From Actinomycetota bacterium (GTDB lineage: Bacteria; Actinomycetota; Humimicrobiia; Humimicrobiales; Humimicrobiaceae), in contig JAQUOE010000003.1 of the NCBI GenBank assembly GCA_028717265.1, forward strand, positions 825 through 64,824: 64,000 nt of DNA, in the 5' to 3' direction. The translations under genes and the position numbers were made by a program. The notes beneath the pieces were generated by a model. That model made no database searches. It worked only from the letters and a program-made list of their open reading frames with translations, and was not told the DNA's origin. Positions 19,933 through 29,642 of the stretch are shown one piece after another. The first letter of the stretch is position 1; each line of letters opens with the position of its first letter.

Positions 19933-20015
19933 TCTGCCATATGAATTTTTAAAAGAAATTTAAGATAAATTACTTTATTTTTTGTGTCTTGATCTTAAAC
20001 TGATCAATGCCGGAA

Positions 20016-20462
20016 CTAAACCTCATAATTTAAATATTTTTTCGAAACAGGATTGTTGAATCTTTTCCACAAAATCGCACCTATTATGGTTCCGATCGGG
20101 AAAAAGAATACCATTGTCACTACCAGAACTGCCCTGCCCAGGGGAACTGTAAAAGATTTTCTTTTGTAAATACCTATAAGCTCCGCTATATACAATGCCG
20201 GCATAATCAAAGAATACACCATTCTGAAAGGAAGACTTACCAGGTTTCTGATAACATCAGCCATGGTATTCATAGTGAATGGGCTTTCAAACCATAAAGT
20301 GAATGGTCCGTTAAACCAATTACCGGGTATTCCGAAATGACCCCAGCCAAATCCTGAAAAGACTGCCAGTCCGGTAAGGATGGCCATTACCCAGCATAAT
20401 ATCACTACTCCCCCAAGCTGCTTCTTCCCTTCTTTTAATTCTGTTTCATCCATTTCTGTCAT
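20016..20462 (-). CDS. Hypothetical membrane protein
   Basis: 148-aa ORF with about 3 hydrophobic segments, SD AAGGAG upstream; family not recognised. Confidence 0.55.
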   Translation of the reverse strand: MTEMDETELKEGKKQLGGVVILCWVMAILTGLAVFSGFGWGHFGIPGNWFNGPFTLWFESPFTMNTMADVIRNLVSLPFRMVYSLIMPALYIAELIGIYKRKSFTVPLGRAVLVVTMVFFFPIGTIIGAILWKRFNNPVSKKYLNYEV

Positions 20463-20540
20463 TTTTACTCCTTTTTTATTTTAATTAATTTTGATCGAGA
20501 TTTAAACTCCTCCGGACCTTTCCGTAAAGAATAACCATAT

Positions 20541-21296
20541 TTATTCTATACTCTTTATTTTTCCCAGCCCGGAAATATCCTGTTTCACACTCGGATTTCC
20601 GGCATAATAAACATTTCCGACTCCATTTATTTCAACATCCAGTAACTCGCTGACATTAACCGTGGCGCTGCCTGCACCCGAAACTTTAATTGCACACTCT
20701 CTGCTTTCAAGGTCCTCGCCGTCGTATTTCCCTGCACCATTTATCTCTATTTTCTGACTGTCGACTTTACCGCTCAGGATTATATTGCCCGCTCCGGATA
20801 CGACAACTTCAACTCTTTCTGCTTCGATATCAAAATCCAGATCTCCCGCTCCACTAACATCAAACTGCAGAGCTTCGGTTCTAAGATCATCGCAATCTAT
20901 GTTCCCGCTTCCACTCAGGGAAATTTCATCAAGGTCCACCACGGTCAGATAGAATTTAACTGCAGCCGAAGGTGTAAAAGTATAACCTTTTTTAAAACCA
21001 ATATTCAGTCTTTCTCCAAAAACATCCGTTTCGATAATAGGAATTATATTATCATCCGCTTCTATTGTAAGCGACTCCTCTTCTCCCTGTGTAATAATCA
21101 AATTACCTATTCCTGAAAGATGTATCTTATGGAAATCCGATACATCCCTTTCTTCGGTTGCAATATTTCCCGATCCTCTGACAAAACCTATTGTCCATTT
21201 GCAGGATACTGCAAAAATTGCCAGCATGCTTACCAGAGTAAGCATAAATACTATTCTTAGTATATTGCTGGCCCGGTTTTTACTTTTACTGCTCAT
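20541..21296 (-). CDS. DUF2807 (Toastrack/head-GIN) lipoprotein
   Basis: Lipobox AVSC; VRGSGN; repeated SGxGxI beta-strand units. Confidence 0.85.
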   Translation of the reverse strand: MSSKSKNRASNILRIVFMLTLVSMLAIFAVSCKWTIGFVRGSGNIATEERDVSDFHKIHLSGIGNLIITQGEEESLTIEADDNIIPIIETDVFGERLNIGFKKGYTFTPSAAVKFYLTVVDLDEISLSGSGNIDCDDLRTEALQFDVSGAGDLDFDIEAERVEVVVSGAGNIILSGKVDSQKIEINGAGKYDGEDLESRECAIKVSGAGSATVNVSELLDVEINGVGNVYYAGNPSVKQDISGLGKIKSIE

Positions 21297-21342
21297 TTCT
21301 TCTCCTTTTTTCTTTTTAGAAATTTATTAATTTTCATATATA

Positions 21343-22245
21343 TTAATTGTTATTTAAACTGATGTCGCCAGAAGTGGTACCGGCATCGATTTGCTTATCA
21401 TCGTTCCCGATCACGCCTTCAAGATTCCTTCTGCCGGAAGAGGTTATCTTGATAGGAAATGTGTTCTCAATATCGCCCGATGTGGTTCTTGCGGTAAAAT
21501 AAAATTGGGCATCTTCAGAAAGATTGATCTCTATATCGCCGGAGGTCACTCTGATTTTCATATTGCTGGCATCTTTCTGCTCTATATAAACATCTCCTGA
21601 TACTGAACCTATCTCAATATTCTCATTCTTGCTGCCGTTCTCCAGCACAACATCTCCGGAAATCAAATCGACATTCACGTCTCCGGTGTAATTATTCAGG
21701 CTGATATCTCCTGAAGTAGATTTGAGTTTAATATCATTTGAGAACAATGATTCACCTTTAAAATCTCCGGATACACTGTTAAATTCAAATTCATCTAGAT
21801 TTAAATCGCTTATATTCATATCAGACGACGTAGTATCGGCTTTAAAAACTTCTATGGAATCTTCCGGAATGTATATATCCAGTTTTGTTCTCCATATATT
21901 GATCCCAATAAAAATAGCCTTTGGTGATATAATTTCTATTCTTAATTCATCACCGGACCGATAGGCTACAAGAGACGGCAATTCAGTTTTTCTATTCGTA
22001 GAAACCTCGCCATAAAAATGCACTCTTATCTCTTCCTCTTTTGTGGAAATAACGTTGATATCGGTACTTACCAGATCTACATAAATTTCATTTATTTCCT
22101 GTGCCTCAAAATTTTTAGATTCATCGATTTGATCAACAGCCATCGCCAGATTCCCCGTTACCGCCAGAATAATACCTGCAGTAATAAAAGCCGCAAACAT
22201 AAAAACAGTGATCCAAATGACAAATTTTTTTATATTGAATTTCAT
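21343..22245 (-). CDS. DUF4097 (Toastrack) beta-strand repeat protein
   Basis: N-terminal TM; repeated SGD-I/V units (STSGDISL, TTSGDIEN). Confidence 0.85.
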   Translation of the reverse strand: MKFNIKKFVIWITVFMFAAFITAGIILAVTGNLAMAVDQIDESKNFEAQEINEIYVDLVSTDINVISTKEEEIRVHFYGEVSTNRKTELPSLVAYRSGDELRIEIISPKAIFIGINIWRTKLDIYIPEDSIEVFKADTTSSDMNISDLNLDEFEFNSVSGDFKGESLFSNDIKLKSTSGDISLNNYTGDVNVDLISGDVVLENGSKNENIEIGSVSGDVYIEQKDASNMKIRVTSGDIEINLSEDAQFYFTARTTSGDIENTFPIKITSSGRRNLEGVIGNDDKQIDAGTTSGDISLNNN

Positions 22246-22249
22246 TTTT

Positions 22250-22825
22250 TTACTCCTTCCCGGTTATAATTCTCGAATTAAACTTTATATATCTAACAAA
22301 CAACCTGTACACCCACTTTGCTATATATATATTGCCAATAAAGAACAGGATCCCAAGAAGCGTTACCCCTATCGAAGCAAATATTGATACGGCCGGATTG
22401 ATCATAACAGCAACATACTGTGGAATCAGCGGTCCAAAAATCGAAGCGAAAAAGACTGCAATTCCCGTAGCTGTAACTGCGATTGCCGAAGCAAATAATG
22501 AGAACAGTACTGCAACAATACCAATAAACGGCCCCAGCACAAACACCAGATTAAAAAATCCGAGTCCGAGGGTAGCAAGTACCGCTCTGGTTATATTTAT
22601 TGCAGAGGTAGTTTTTTCCGCTTTGTTTAACAGTATATTTGCTTTGAATTGATTGGCCAGAGCTTTTGGATCCCCGAGAGAATCTGCAATTTCTTCCTCG
22701 GTCCTGCCTTCTGCTGCGCCCTCTTTAAAATGATCCTCGAAATCATTGATTACGTCGTGCCTTTCTTCTGCAGGAATTCCTCCCAGATATGAGGATAACT
22801 TATTTATAAAATCCTTTTTATTCAT
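22250..22825 (-). CDS. DUF1700 / HAAS-domain membrane protein
   Basis: MNKKDFINKLSSYL...DFEDHFKEG...EEEIADSLGDPKALA followed by TM helices. Confidence 0.88.
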   Translation of the reverse strand: MNKKDFINKLSSYLGGIPAEERHDVINDFEDHFKEGAAEGRTEEEIADSLGDPKALANQFKANILLNKAEKTTSAINITRAVLATLGLGFFNLVFVLGPFIGIVAVLFSLFASAIAVTATGIAVFFASIFGPLIPQYVAVMINPAVSIFASIGVTLLGILFFIGNIYIAKWVYRLFVRYIKFNSRIITGKE

Positions 22826-23141
22826 CTTTTACACCACCTTTTATAAAACTGTTTACTTGTTTAACAAAGGTCAGCCATTCTTCCATTAATTCCTTTTCCA
22901 TTTCTTTCCCGGATTTGGTCAGCTGATAATATTTTCTGGGAGCTCCTTCGCTTGATTCCTCAAGATAAGTGGTAACAAATCCATCATTCTTAAGTCGTCT
23001 GAGCAGCGGATATATCGTCCCTTCCGAAATAGAAATGGTTTTGGAGATCTCATTTACAAGTTCATATCCGTACCTGTTTTTTTTGGCAAGTAAAGCAAGG
23101 GCACACAATTCCAGCACTCCTTTTTTAAACTGTATATTCAT
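22818..23141 (-). CDS. PadR family transcriptional regulator
   Basis: QFKKGVLELC, YGYEL, EGTIYPLLRRL, APRKYYQLT. Confidence 0.93.
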   Translation of the reverse strand: MNIQFKKGVLELCALALLAKKNRYGYELVNEISKTISISEGTIYPLLRRLKNDGFVTTYLEESSEGAPRKYYQLTKSGKEMEKELMEEWLTFVKQVNSFIKGGVKDE

Positions 23142-23171
23142 AATATCACACCCTTTCTATAATTTAATAGG

Positions 23172-23207
23172 TGCATAATACCACAAGGTATTATGCATTG
23201 CAAGGTA
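23172..23207. promoter_or_regulatory. Putative PadR operator (inverted repeat) upstream of padR
   Basis: Perfect TGCATAATACC-n4-GGTATTATGCA (23172-23197) overlapping a second quasi-palindrome TATTATGCATTGCAAGGTA. Confidence 0.6.
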
Positions 23208-23423
23208 TGGCTTAATAATTTATATCTTTTTAAAGATTATACTAAAACAATATTTCCCAAAATTTCTTTTATGAAAAATTACAGGTCTGCAGGATTCAAG
23301 GAAAAAATAATATAAGAAAAATATACAAATAATTACTTCAGTTGAATAAAAGTAATTATTTATTTATAATATATATAAATATTGATACAAGTATTAAAAT
23401 TTATATAAAACAATTAAGATACT

Positions 23424-25538
23424 ATGGAAAAATTACTTTGGGCATTTGCTGTTACGCTGTCGGCATTATGGTTGTTCTTAGTGCCGGCTTTCTTATTTAT
23501 GTTTATTGACAAAGAAAATGTAAAGAAGATAAATGTTCCTTTTATTATCCTATCAATAAATATTTTTCTTTCTTCTATCTTTAATATAATACTACTCATG
23601 GACTTTTCCACTATAAACCTCTTAAATCTATCTGCAAAAATATCGACCCTGCTTACTATTGCAATTCCTGCAATCGTCCTTCATCTGGTAATAAAACTCA
23701 CACATAGCGAGGAATTCAGAAGATACAGAATCTATGTCGCGGCAGTATATTCCGCAGCTCTGGGTATATTCATACTTCTTTTGGCATACAACCAAATCGG
23801 TATTAAAAGTATTTATCATGGATATATTATATATTCACCCTTTTTTAAATATACAGGAGCTTTTTATATCGCGCCTATTGGCCTTGTTACCATTTTTTTG
23901 ACGGGCAGGGATATCTATCGTAAATTAAGAATCCAACAAACCAATCTGCAAATGTATTATTTATTCACGGGACTTCTGGGTTATTTTATCGGAACTTCGA
24001 TAATACAGATACTTATGGAACTTTCTGTATTAAAGCCGGCACCTATAAGTGAATTGGCCGTTATGTTTCTATATGGTTTCATTTGTTTTAGTTTGTATTA
24101 TATTCATTCCAACCGTTTAGTAATTTCAAAAAACAGAATATTGGAAAATATCGGCGATGCAGTTTTTTTATTCAATCATAATGGTGAAGTCATTGAAAAG
24201 AGTGGACTGGCTGCTAACATAATAGAGGAAGGTTTCAATTACGATAAAGTAAGAAAAAACGATATTGATTGCGTAATAAGCAAACTTCATTTTCTAACGC
24301 ATGAAAAAGAAAAATTAAAAAAACTTTCTGGGGCCTTACAAAACTTTAAAATCAAAAATTTTAATTGTGATATCAAATTAAAAATCCATAAACATGTCAG
24401 ATATTATAATGTAAGGGCATCTACTGTTTTTAATTATTACGGGAAAATCACAGGAAAACTCCTGATTCTTAATGACATAACCATCAGAAAAGAAAAAGAA
24501 AAACAACTATACTATCAGTCTTATCATGATCAGTTAACGAATGTTTTCAACAGGTATTACTTTGAAGAAGAATTGGTAAGGATAGACAAAAAGAAAACAT
24601 TTCCAATCTGTATAATTCTCGGAGACATAAATGGCCTGAAAATAATCAATGATACATTCGGGCGGATAAAAGGAGACGAATTTATAAAGAAAACAGCCGG
24701 AATTTTAAAGCACAGTCTGCATGATAAGGGCGTTTTATGTCGTTACGGAGGAGACGAATTTGCAATAATACTGCAAAAAACAGGAAGAGAAGATGCTTTA
24801 AAAATAATAAATAAAATGTTAAGGGATTGTAAAAAAAATAGCACCGCTATCATACCTCTGAATGTAACTTTTGGATTCTCGATAAAAACGAGCAGCGATC
24901 AAAACATTAACGATGTTATAAAAGAAGCCGAAAATACAATGTATGAATATAAATTATCTGAAGGTAAAAGCATGCGAAGTGCATTGATTTTATCCCTGAA
25001 AAAAGCATTGGAAGAAAGAGATTACGAAACAGAAGAACATGCGGAAAGATTGATAAGATTAAGTGTATTGCTGGGTAAAAAAATAAATCTGGATATTATC
25101 GAGCTTAACAAACTGAAATTACTGGCAATGCTTCATGACATCGGTAAGATTTCCATACCCGATGATATAGTTTTAAAACCCGGTAAACTGACCACTGAAG
25201 AATGGGAAGTAATGAAAAAACATTCGGAGGTAGGTTACCGAATAGCAGAATCATCGCCCGATCTGGCACAAATCGCACCGGGGATATTATATCATCACGA
25301 AAGGTGGGACGGTTCCGGATATCCAGGCGGTCTGAAAGGCGGTAGGATTCCAATAATATCAAGAATTCTTTCAATTGTAGATTCTTATGATGCAATGATA
25401 AGCGATAGACCATATAAAAAGGGTATGTCCAAAGATAAGGTACTTAAAGAATTGGAAAGATGTGCGGGTACACAATTCGATCCATATCTTGTGGAAAAAT
25501 TTCTTGAGATTATCAAAGGTAAAAACTCTGCTAAATAA
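23424..25538 (+). CDS. Membrane sensor (7TM-like)-PAS-GGDEF-HD-GYP c-di-GMP metabolism protein
   Basis: N-terminal TM bundle; YHDQLTNVFNR, DINGLKIINDTFG, RYGGDEF; LHDIGK and HHERWDGSGYPGG. Confidence 0.92.
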   Translation: MEKLLWAFAVTLSALWLFLVPAFLFMFIDKENVKKINVPFIILSINIFLSSIFNIILLMDFSTINLLNLSAKISTLLTIAIPAIVLHLVIKLTHSEEFRRYRIYVAAVYSAALGIFILLLAYNQIGIKSIYHGYIIYSPFFKYTGAFYIAPIGLVTIFLTGRDIYRKLRIQQTNLQMYYLFTGLLGYFIGTSIIQILMELSVLKPAPISELAVMFLYGFICFSLYYIHSNRLVISKNRILENIGDAVFLFNHNGEVIEKSGLAANIIEEGFNYDKVRKNDIDCVISKLHFLTHEKEKLKKLSGALQNFKIKNFNCDIKLKIHKHVRYYNVRASTVFNYYGKITGKLLILNDITIRKEKEKQLYYQSYHDQLTNVFNRYYFEEELVRIDKKKTFPICIILGDINGLKIINDTFGRIKGDEFIKKTAGILKHSLHDKGVLCRYGGDEFAIILQKTGREDALKIINKMLRDCKKNSTAIIPLNVTFGFSIKTSSDQNINDVIKEAENTMYEYKLSEGKSMRSALILSLKKALEERDYETEEHAERLIRLSVLLGKKINLDIIELNKLKLLAMLHDIGKISIPDDIVLKPGKLTTEEWEVMKKHSEVGYRIAESSPDLAQIAPGILYHHERWDGSGYPGGLKGGRIPIISRILSIVDSYDAMISDRPYKKGMSKDKVLKELERCAGTQFDPYLVEKFLEIIKGKNSAK

Positions 25539-25539
25539 C

Positions 25540-26124
25540 TTATAAATGGTCTATATGAACAATATCATCCAATTTCCTTTTTGGTACATGCAGTTTTCCC
25601 GAATTATCTTTGTGATATTTAATTGATTTATCTTTTTCGATATCATAATAGCCGGGATCTTCCAGTGGGTACCCGAGCGCAAGAATGAGATCAATGCTGC
25701 AGTCATCAGTTATTTTTAAAATATTTTTAATTTTCTTTCTATCGAAAGATCCTATCCAGCAGCAGCCTATTCCCTTTTCCAGAGCCGCAAGGGTAATATT
25801 TTCTGCACTTGCGCCTACATCATATTTATAAAATGGAACCAACAAATTTTCTTTATTTATCAGGATTATTATATATGCCATTGGTCTCTCGTCTTCTTTG
25901 GGATTTCCTTCGGGTTCAATATATCTTGCCCACCTTACATGGGGGAAAATCTTCTCTCTGACAATACCATCTGCAATAACGATATATTCCAACGGTTGCA
26001 AGTTCCCTGCAGATGGTGCCAGTCTTCCCGCATTGACCAATCTTTTTAGAACCGAAAGCTTTACGGGTTTTTGTTTGAATTTTCTTATGGTCCTTCTTGA
26101 TATTATAGTATCATAAACTTCCAT
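25540..26124 (-). CDS. Nitroreductase family protein
   Basis: RRTIRKF, APSAGNLQP, ENITLAA, GIGCCWIG, LGYP. Confidence 0.9.
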   Translation of the reverse strand: MEVYDTIISRRTIRKFKQKPVKLSVLKRLVNAGRLAPSAGNLQPLEYIVIADGIVREKIFPHVRWARYIEPEGNPKEDERPMAYIIILINKENLLVPFYKYDVGASAENITLAALEKGIGCCWIGSFDRKKIKNILKITDDCSIDLILALGYPLEDPGYYDIEKDKSIKYHKDNSGKLHVPKRKLDDIVHIDHL

Positions 26125-26296
26125 ATCTATATTATAATAGGAAAATGCAAAATCTTCTAAAATATTTTTTTATTGTAATAGAAGAAGGATAATGTATAAT
26201 TTCCACTAATAATAAGGAGCATATTATAAATCCGATATGTTACAGTTAAAAAATACTCCTTGTAATCTTATATATTAAAGATTTTTCGATATTGAT

Positions 26297-27226
26297 ATGT
26301 CTTCGTCACAAATAATAAAAGTCAGCGGCCTGACAAAGTATTATGGAAAAATCAAAGCGGTAAGAGGTATAAACTTCCACGTCAATGAAGGAGAGTTATT
26401 CGCATTTCTCGGACCTAACGGTGCAGGAAAAACCACTACTATCGATATCATCTGTACTCTTCTTAAACCTGACAGCGGCACGGTGACAGTTAATGGTTAT
26501 ACGCTTGGTAAAGAAGACGATAAGATCCGGAAAAATATCGGAATCGTCTTTCAGGATAATATTCTGGATAGCCTGCTGACGGTCAGAGAAAATCTTTATA
26601 CCCGGGGCAGTTTTTATGGATTGCCTTCCAAAGAGTTAAAAGCTGCCGTGCAGAGTGCCATGAAATCCGCAGACGTTGAAAGCTTCTGCAACCGCCCCTA
26701 CGGTAAGCTATCCGGCGGGCAGCGCCGAAGAGCCGATATAGCAAGGTCGCTGGTAAATAAACCAAAAATCCTGTTTCTGGATGAACCCACTACGGGCCTT
26801 GACCCTCAGACCCGAAAAAGTGTCTGGGACACGATCCGTAATTTACAAAAAGGGACCGGGATGACGGTTTTTCTTACCACCCATTATATGGAGGAAGCCG
26901 CAAAAGCTGATTATGTTGCAATTATAGACAACGGCCTGATTTCTGCAAAAGGTACCCCCTCGGAACTGCGGGCAAAATACAGTACGGACACCTTGCGGCT
27001 CATCCCTAAAGATAGCGGCCGATTAAGCCTATTTTTAAATAATCAAAAAATCGAATTCGTTATATCCGGAGGAGCTTTTGTGATTTTTATTCCAAATACG
27101 CTTGATGCTTTACCGCTTGTAAATAAGGTAGAAAATTTGATATCCGGTTTTGAGGTAATAAGCGGCAGTATGGATGACGCCTTTGTAAAAATAACCGGGT
27201 TTGCTATTAGAGAGGATGCTGATTAA
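26297..27226 (+). CDS. ABC transporter ATP-binding protein
   Basis: GPNGAGKTT, LSGGQ, FLDEPTTGLD, THYMEEA. Confidence 0.93.
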   Translation: MSSSQIIKVSGLTKYYGKIKAVRGINFHVNEGELFAFLGPNGAGKTTTIDIICTLLKPDSGTVTVNGYTLGKEDDKIRKNIGIVFQDNILDSLLTVRENLYTRGSFYGLPSKELKAAVQSAMKSADVESFCNRPYGKLSGGQRRRADIARSLVNKPKILFLDEPTTGLDPQTRKSVWDTIRNLQKGTGMTVFLTTHYMEEAAKADYVAIIDNGLISAKGTPSELRAKYSTDTLRLIPKDSGRLSLFLNNQKIEFVISGGAFVIFIPNTLDALPLVNKVENLISGFEVISGSMDDAFVKITGFAIREDAD

Positions 27227-28099
27227 ATGACTGTTATTGTTAACTTAATCAAAAGAAACCTGAAGCTTTTCTTTCGTGATAAAGCTTCCGTATTCTTCTC
27301 ATTCCTCGCTGTATTTATAATTATCGGACTATATGTACTGTTCCTGGGAAATATGATGACCAATAATTTTAAGGATCTTCTTGGAGATAATTCACGCTTC
27401 ATTGTAAATAGCTGGGTTATGGCAGGAATCTTATCCGTTACGTCTATAACCACGACTCTGGGTGCATTTGGCATCATGGTTGAGGATAAGGTAAAGAATA
27501 TTTCAAAAGATTTTTTATCGGCTCCATTCAAGCGTTCTCAGCTCGCAGCCGGGTATGTTATAAGTTCTTTTATAATCGGGGTCATCATGAGCATTGCATC
27601 TTTGATCATTGCCGAAATTTATATTGTGGCAAATGGCGGAGATTTGCTCGGATTTATGCCACTTCTAAAATTACTCGGAGCAATGCTGCTGTCGGTTTTT
27701 GCGGGTACATCTATGGTTTTCTTTATCGTGACATTTTTTAGAAGCAGCAACGCTTTTGCTACCGTAAGCACGGTAATCGGTACCCTCATTGGTTTTTTAA
27801 CAGGAATATATATCCCGATCGGACAATTTCCATCTGCTGTACAAACAGTAATAAAAATATTTCCCATAAGCCATGCATCGGCTCTATTCCGTCAGATAAT
27901 GATGGAGGCTCCGATGTCCAGAGCTTTTGCCAATGCACCGGCAGAGGCAGTAACCGGCTTCGAAAAAATGATGGGCGTTACTTTTTTCTTTGGTGATAAA
28001 GAGGTGTCCCCGTTTATAAACATTCTTGTCCTGATTATTACCGGCGTAGTTTTTCTTTTACTTGCAATTTCAAGTATGTCCGTTAAGAAAAAGCAATAG
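27227..28099 (+). CDS. ABC-2 type permease
   Basis: RNLKLFFRD, six TM segments, GFLTGIYIP. Confidence 0.88.
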   Translation: MTVIVNLIKRNLKLFFRDKASVFFSFLAVFIIIGLYVLFLGNMMTNNFKDLLGDNSRFIVNSWVMAGILSVTSITTTLGAFGIMVEDKVKNISKDFLSAPFKRSQLAAGYVISSFIIGVIMSIASLIIAEIYIVANGGDLLGFMPLLKLLGAMLLSVFAGTSMVFFIVTFFRSSNAFATVSTVIGTLIGFLTGIYIPIGQFPSAVQTVIKIFPISHASALFRQIMMEAPMSRAFANAPAEAVTGFEKMMGVTFFFGDKEVSPFINILVLIITGVVFLLLAISSMSVKKKQ

Positions 28100-28133
28100 C
28101 ATTTATTATTATCATCAGTCTCTTTTTTTATCC

Positions 28134-29630
28134 TTACTTCTCAGTTTCTTTTATCAATCCTCTTAGTATGTGAATCATGCCCCCGGTATCCAGCCTGCAG
28201 TATTTTATTAGTAATTCCCGTATCCTTTCTGTCTCCTCCTCCGCAGGACAGTTCCCGCGGGTATCATACCTTCCGCAAATATAAAGGAAGTATGTGCTTG
28301 CGGCGAGACCATTTCCTATTTCCATTCCCTCATAGCTTAAATCGGTTATTGCCGGAAGGACACTTTTTACCGAGGCACTTCCCTTCTGAGAAGAATTATA
28401 ATAGTGAAAATTTCCAAAGGGCTTATAGAGATCGATTATTCTGTTTATTATAGAATCGGCCCACTCCCGGTATTCGGGGAAAGCTTCGGCCAGCTCTCTC
28501 AAGACACTTTTTTCAAATAACTCATAATAGACAACCACGCTGCCCTTATCGCCCAGGTGCTTCTTTAAGTCTGACAACAATCTTTCTCTGGGATCTTCCG
28601 GCCCCCCGGCAAGAAAATCACGATGTTCGGCTTTACCATCAATAGAATCAAGAACATGTATGGAATACTGAAATGGAATTCTCTGATAGGGCTTAAGGCC
28701 ATCATACAGGGGGATAGCTGTAGAGAATGTCTCAAAATCAAAAAAATATAATGGGTATTCAAGCTTTTTTATGAATTTCGATATTTCATCTTTGTCTATT
28801 TTTGTTTTTTCTGTTCTTGCACATTCCAGTTGTATTTGTTGTTTTAAATTTAAATCATACCGGTCGGGTATGTCTTTTATTGAAAGAATTCCTTCGCTGT
28901 ACAATTCAATTGCTTTATCCTTATTTCCATATAAATTAAAAATATTGTTGTCCGGCAAGAATTTCCAGCATCTATCCTTAAGCGGACATATGTAGGGATT
29001 ACTGCATTGTTTACCAATAATTATTTCCGGTGGACTCTCTGCGGCAGCGATTTCCTGCATTTCCCTGACCCTGTTTCCTATCTCTTCCAGCTTCTCATCC
29101 ACCTGTGCGGTAATATCTGCTTTTTTAAAAAGCCGCGACGGGTCAATGTTCCCTTCTTTTACATATTGGTTATTAATGTATGTCAGATAGCATTTTCGGA
29201 TATTGATCCCTGCTTTTTCAAAGCAGTACTTCTGAAAAGCAACATCGGGTATATATTCCTCCTTGAGCTGTGTGGAGCTTTTAACCTCTACGATATCCCA
29301 ACTGTCCGTATCTACCGGGACAAGGATATCCGCTCTGCTGTAAACATTTCCGGAGCTTATGCTTGCTTCAAACAGGGGCCTTCTCCCGGAAAGTAACTCC
29401 AGGGTCCTTGCCAGCTGCTCCTTTAAATCGCCTATCTTCCCCAGATCAATTCCATCGGGATAAAGATTTTTTGCATATTCCCCTACCAGTGTTCCCTGAT
29501 TAAAAATAAATCTGTTCACGAAGTCCGGCTGCGGAACTTCTTCTTTAGCATTAATGAGAAACCAAAAATACTTTAAGCACTGAAGTCCTGCCAGATATTT
29601 TGATTTTGATATTATTATGTTTTTTCCCAT
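28134..29630 (-). CDS. DUF2779 protein: Cas4/AddB-like PD-(D/E)XK nuclease fused to an RNase H-fold (DEDD-like) domain
   Basis: ISKSKYLAGLQC, RADIL...IVEVKSS, QCSNPYICPLKDRC; then YFFDFET, PYQRIPFQYS, SASVKSVLP, YCRLDT. Confidence 0.75.
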   Translation of the reverse strand: MGKNIIISKSKYLAGLQCLKYFWFLINAKEEVPQPDFVNRFIFNQGTLVGEYAKNLYPDGIDLGKIGDLKEQLARTLELLSGRRPLFEASISSGNVYSRADILVPVDTDSWDIVEVKSSTQLKEEYIPDVAFQKYCFEKAGINIRKCYLTYINNQYVKEGNIDPSRLFKKADITAQVDEKLEEIGNRVREMQEIAAAESPPEIIIGKQCSNPYICPLKDRCWKFLPDNNIFNLYGNKDKAIELYSEGILSIKDIPDRYDLNLKQQIQLECARTEKTKIDKDEISKFIKKLEYPLYFFDFETFSTAIPLYDGLKPYQRIPFQYSIHVLDSIDGKAEHRDFLAGGPEDPRERLLSDLKKHLGDKGSVVVYYELFEKSVLRELAEAFPEYREWADSIINRIIDLYKPFGNFHYYNSSQKGSASVKSVLPAITDLSYEGMEIGNGLAASTYFLYICGRYDTRGNCPAEEETERIRELLIKYCRLDTGGMIHILRGLIKETEK

Positions 29631-29642
29631 AGGACCAACCGG

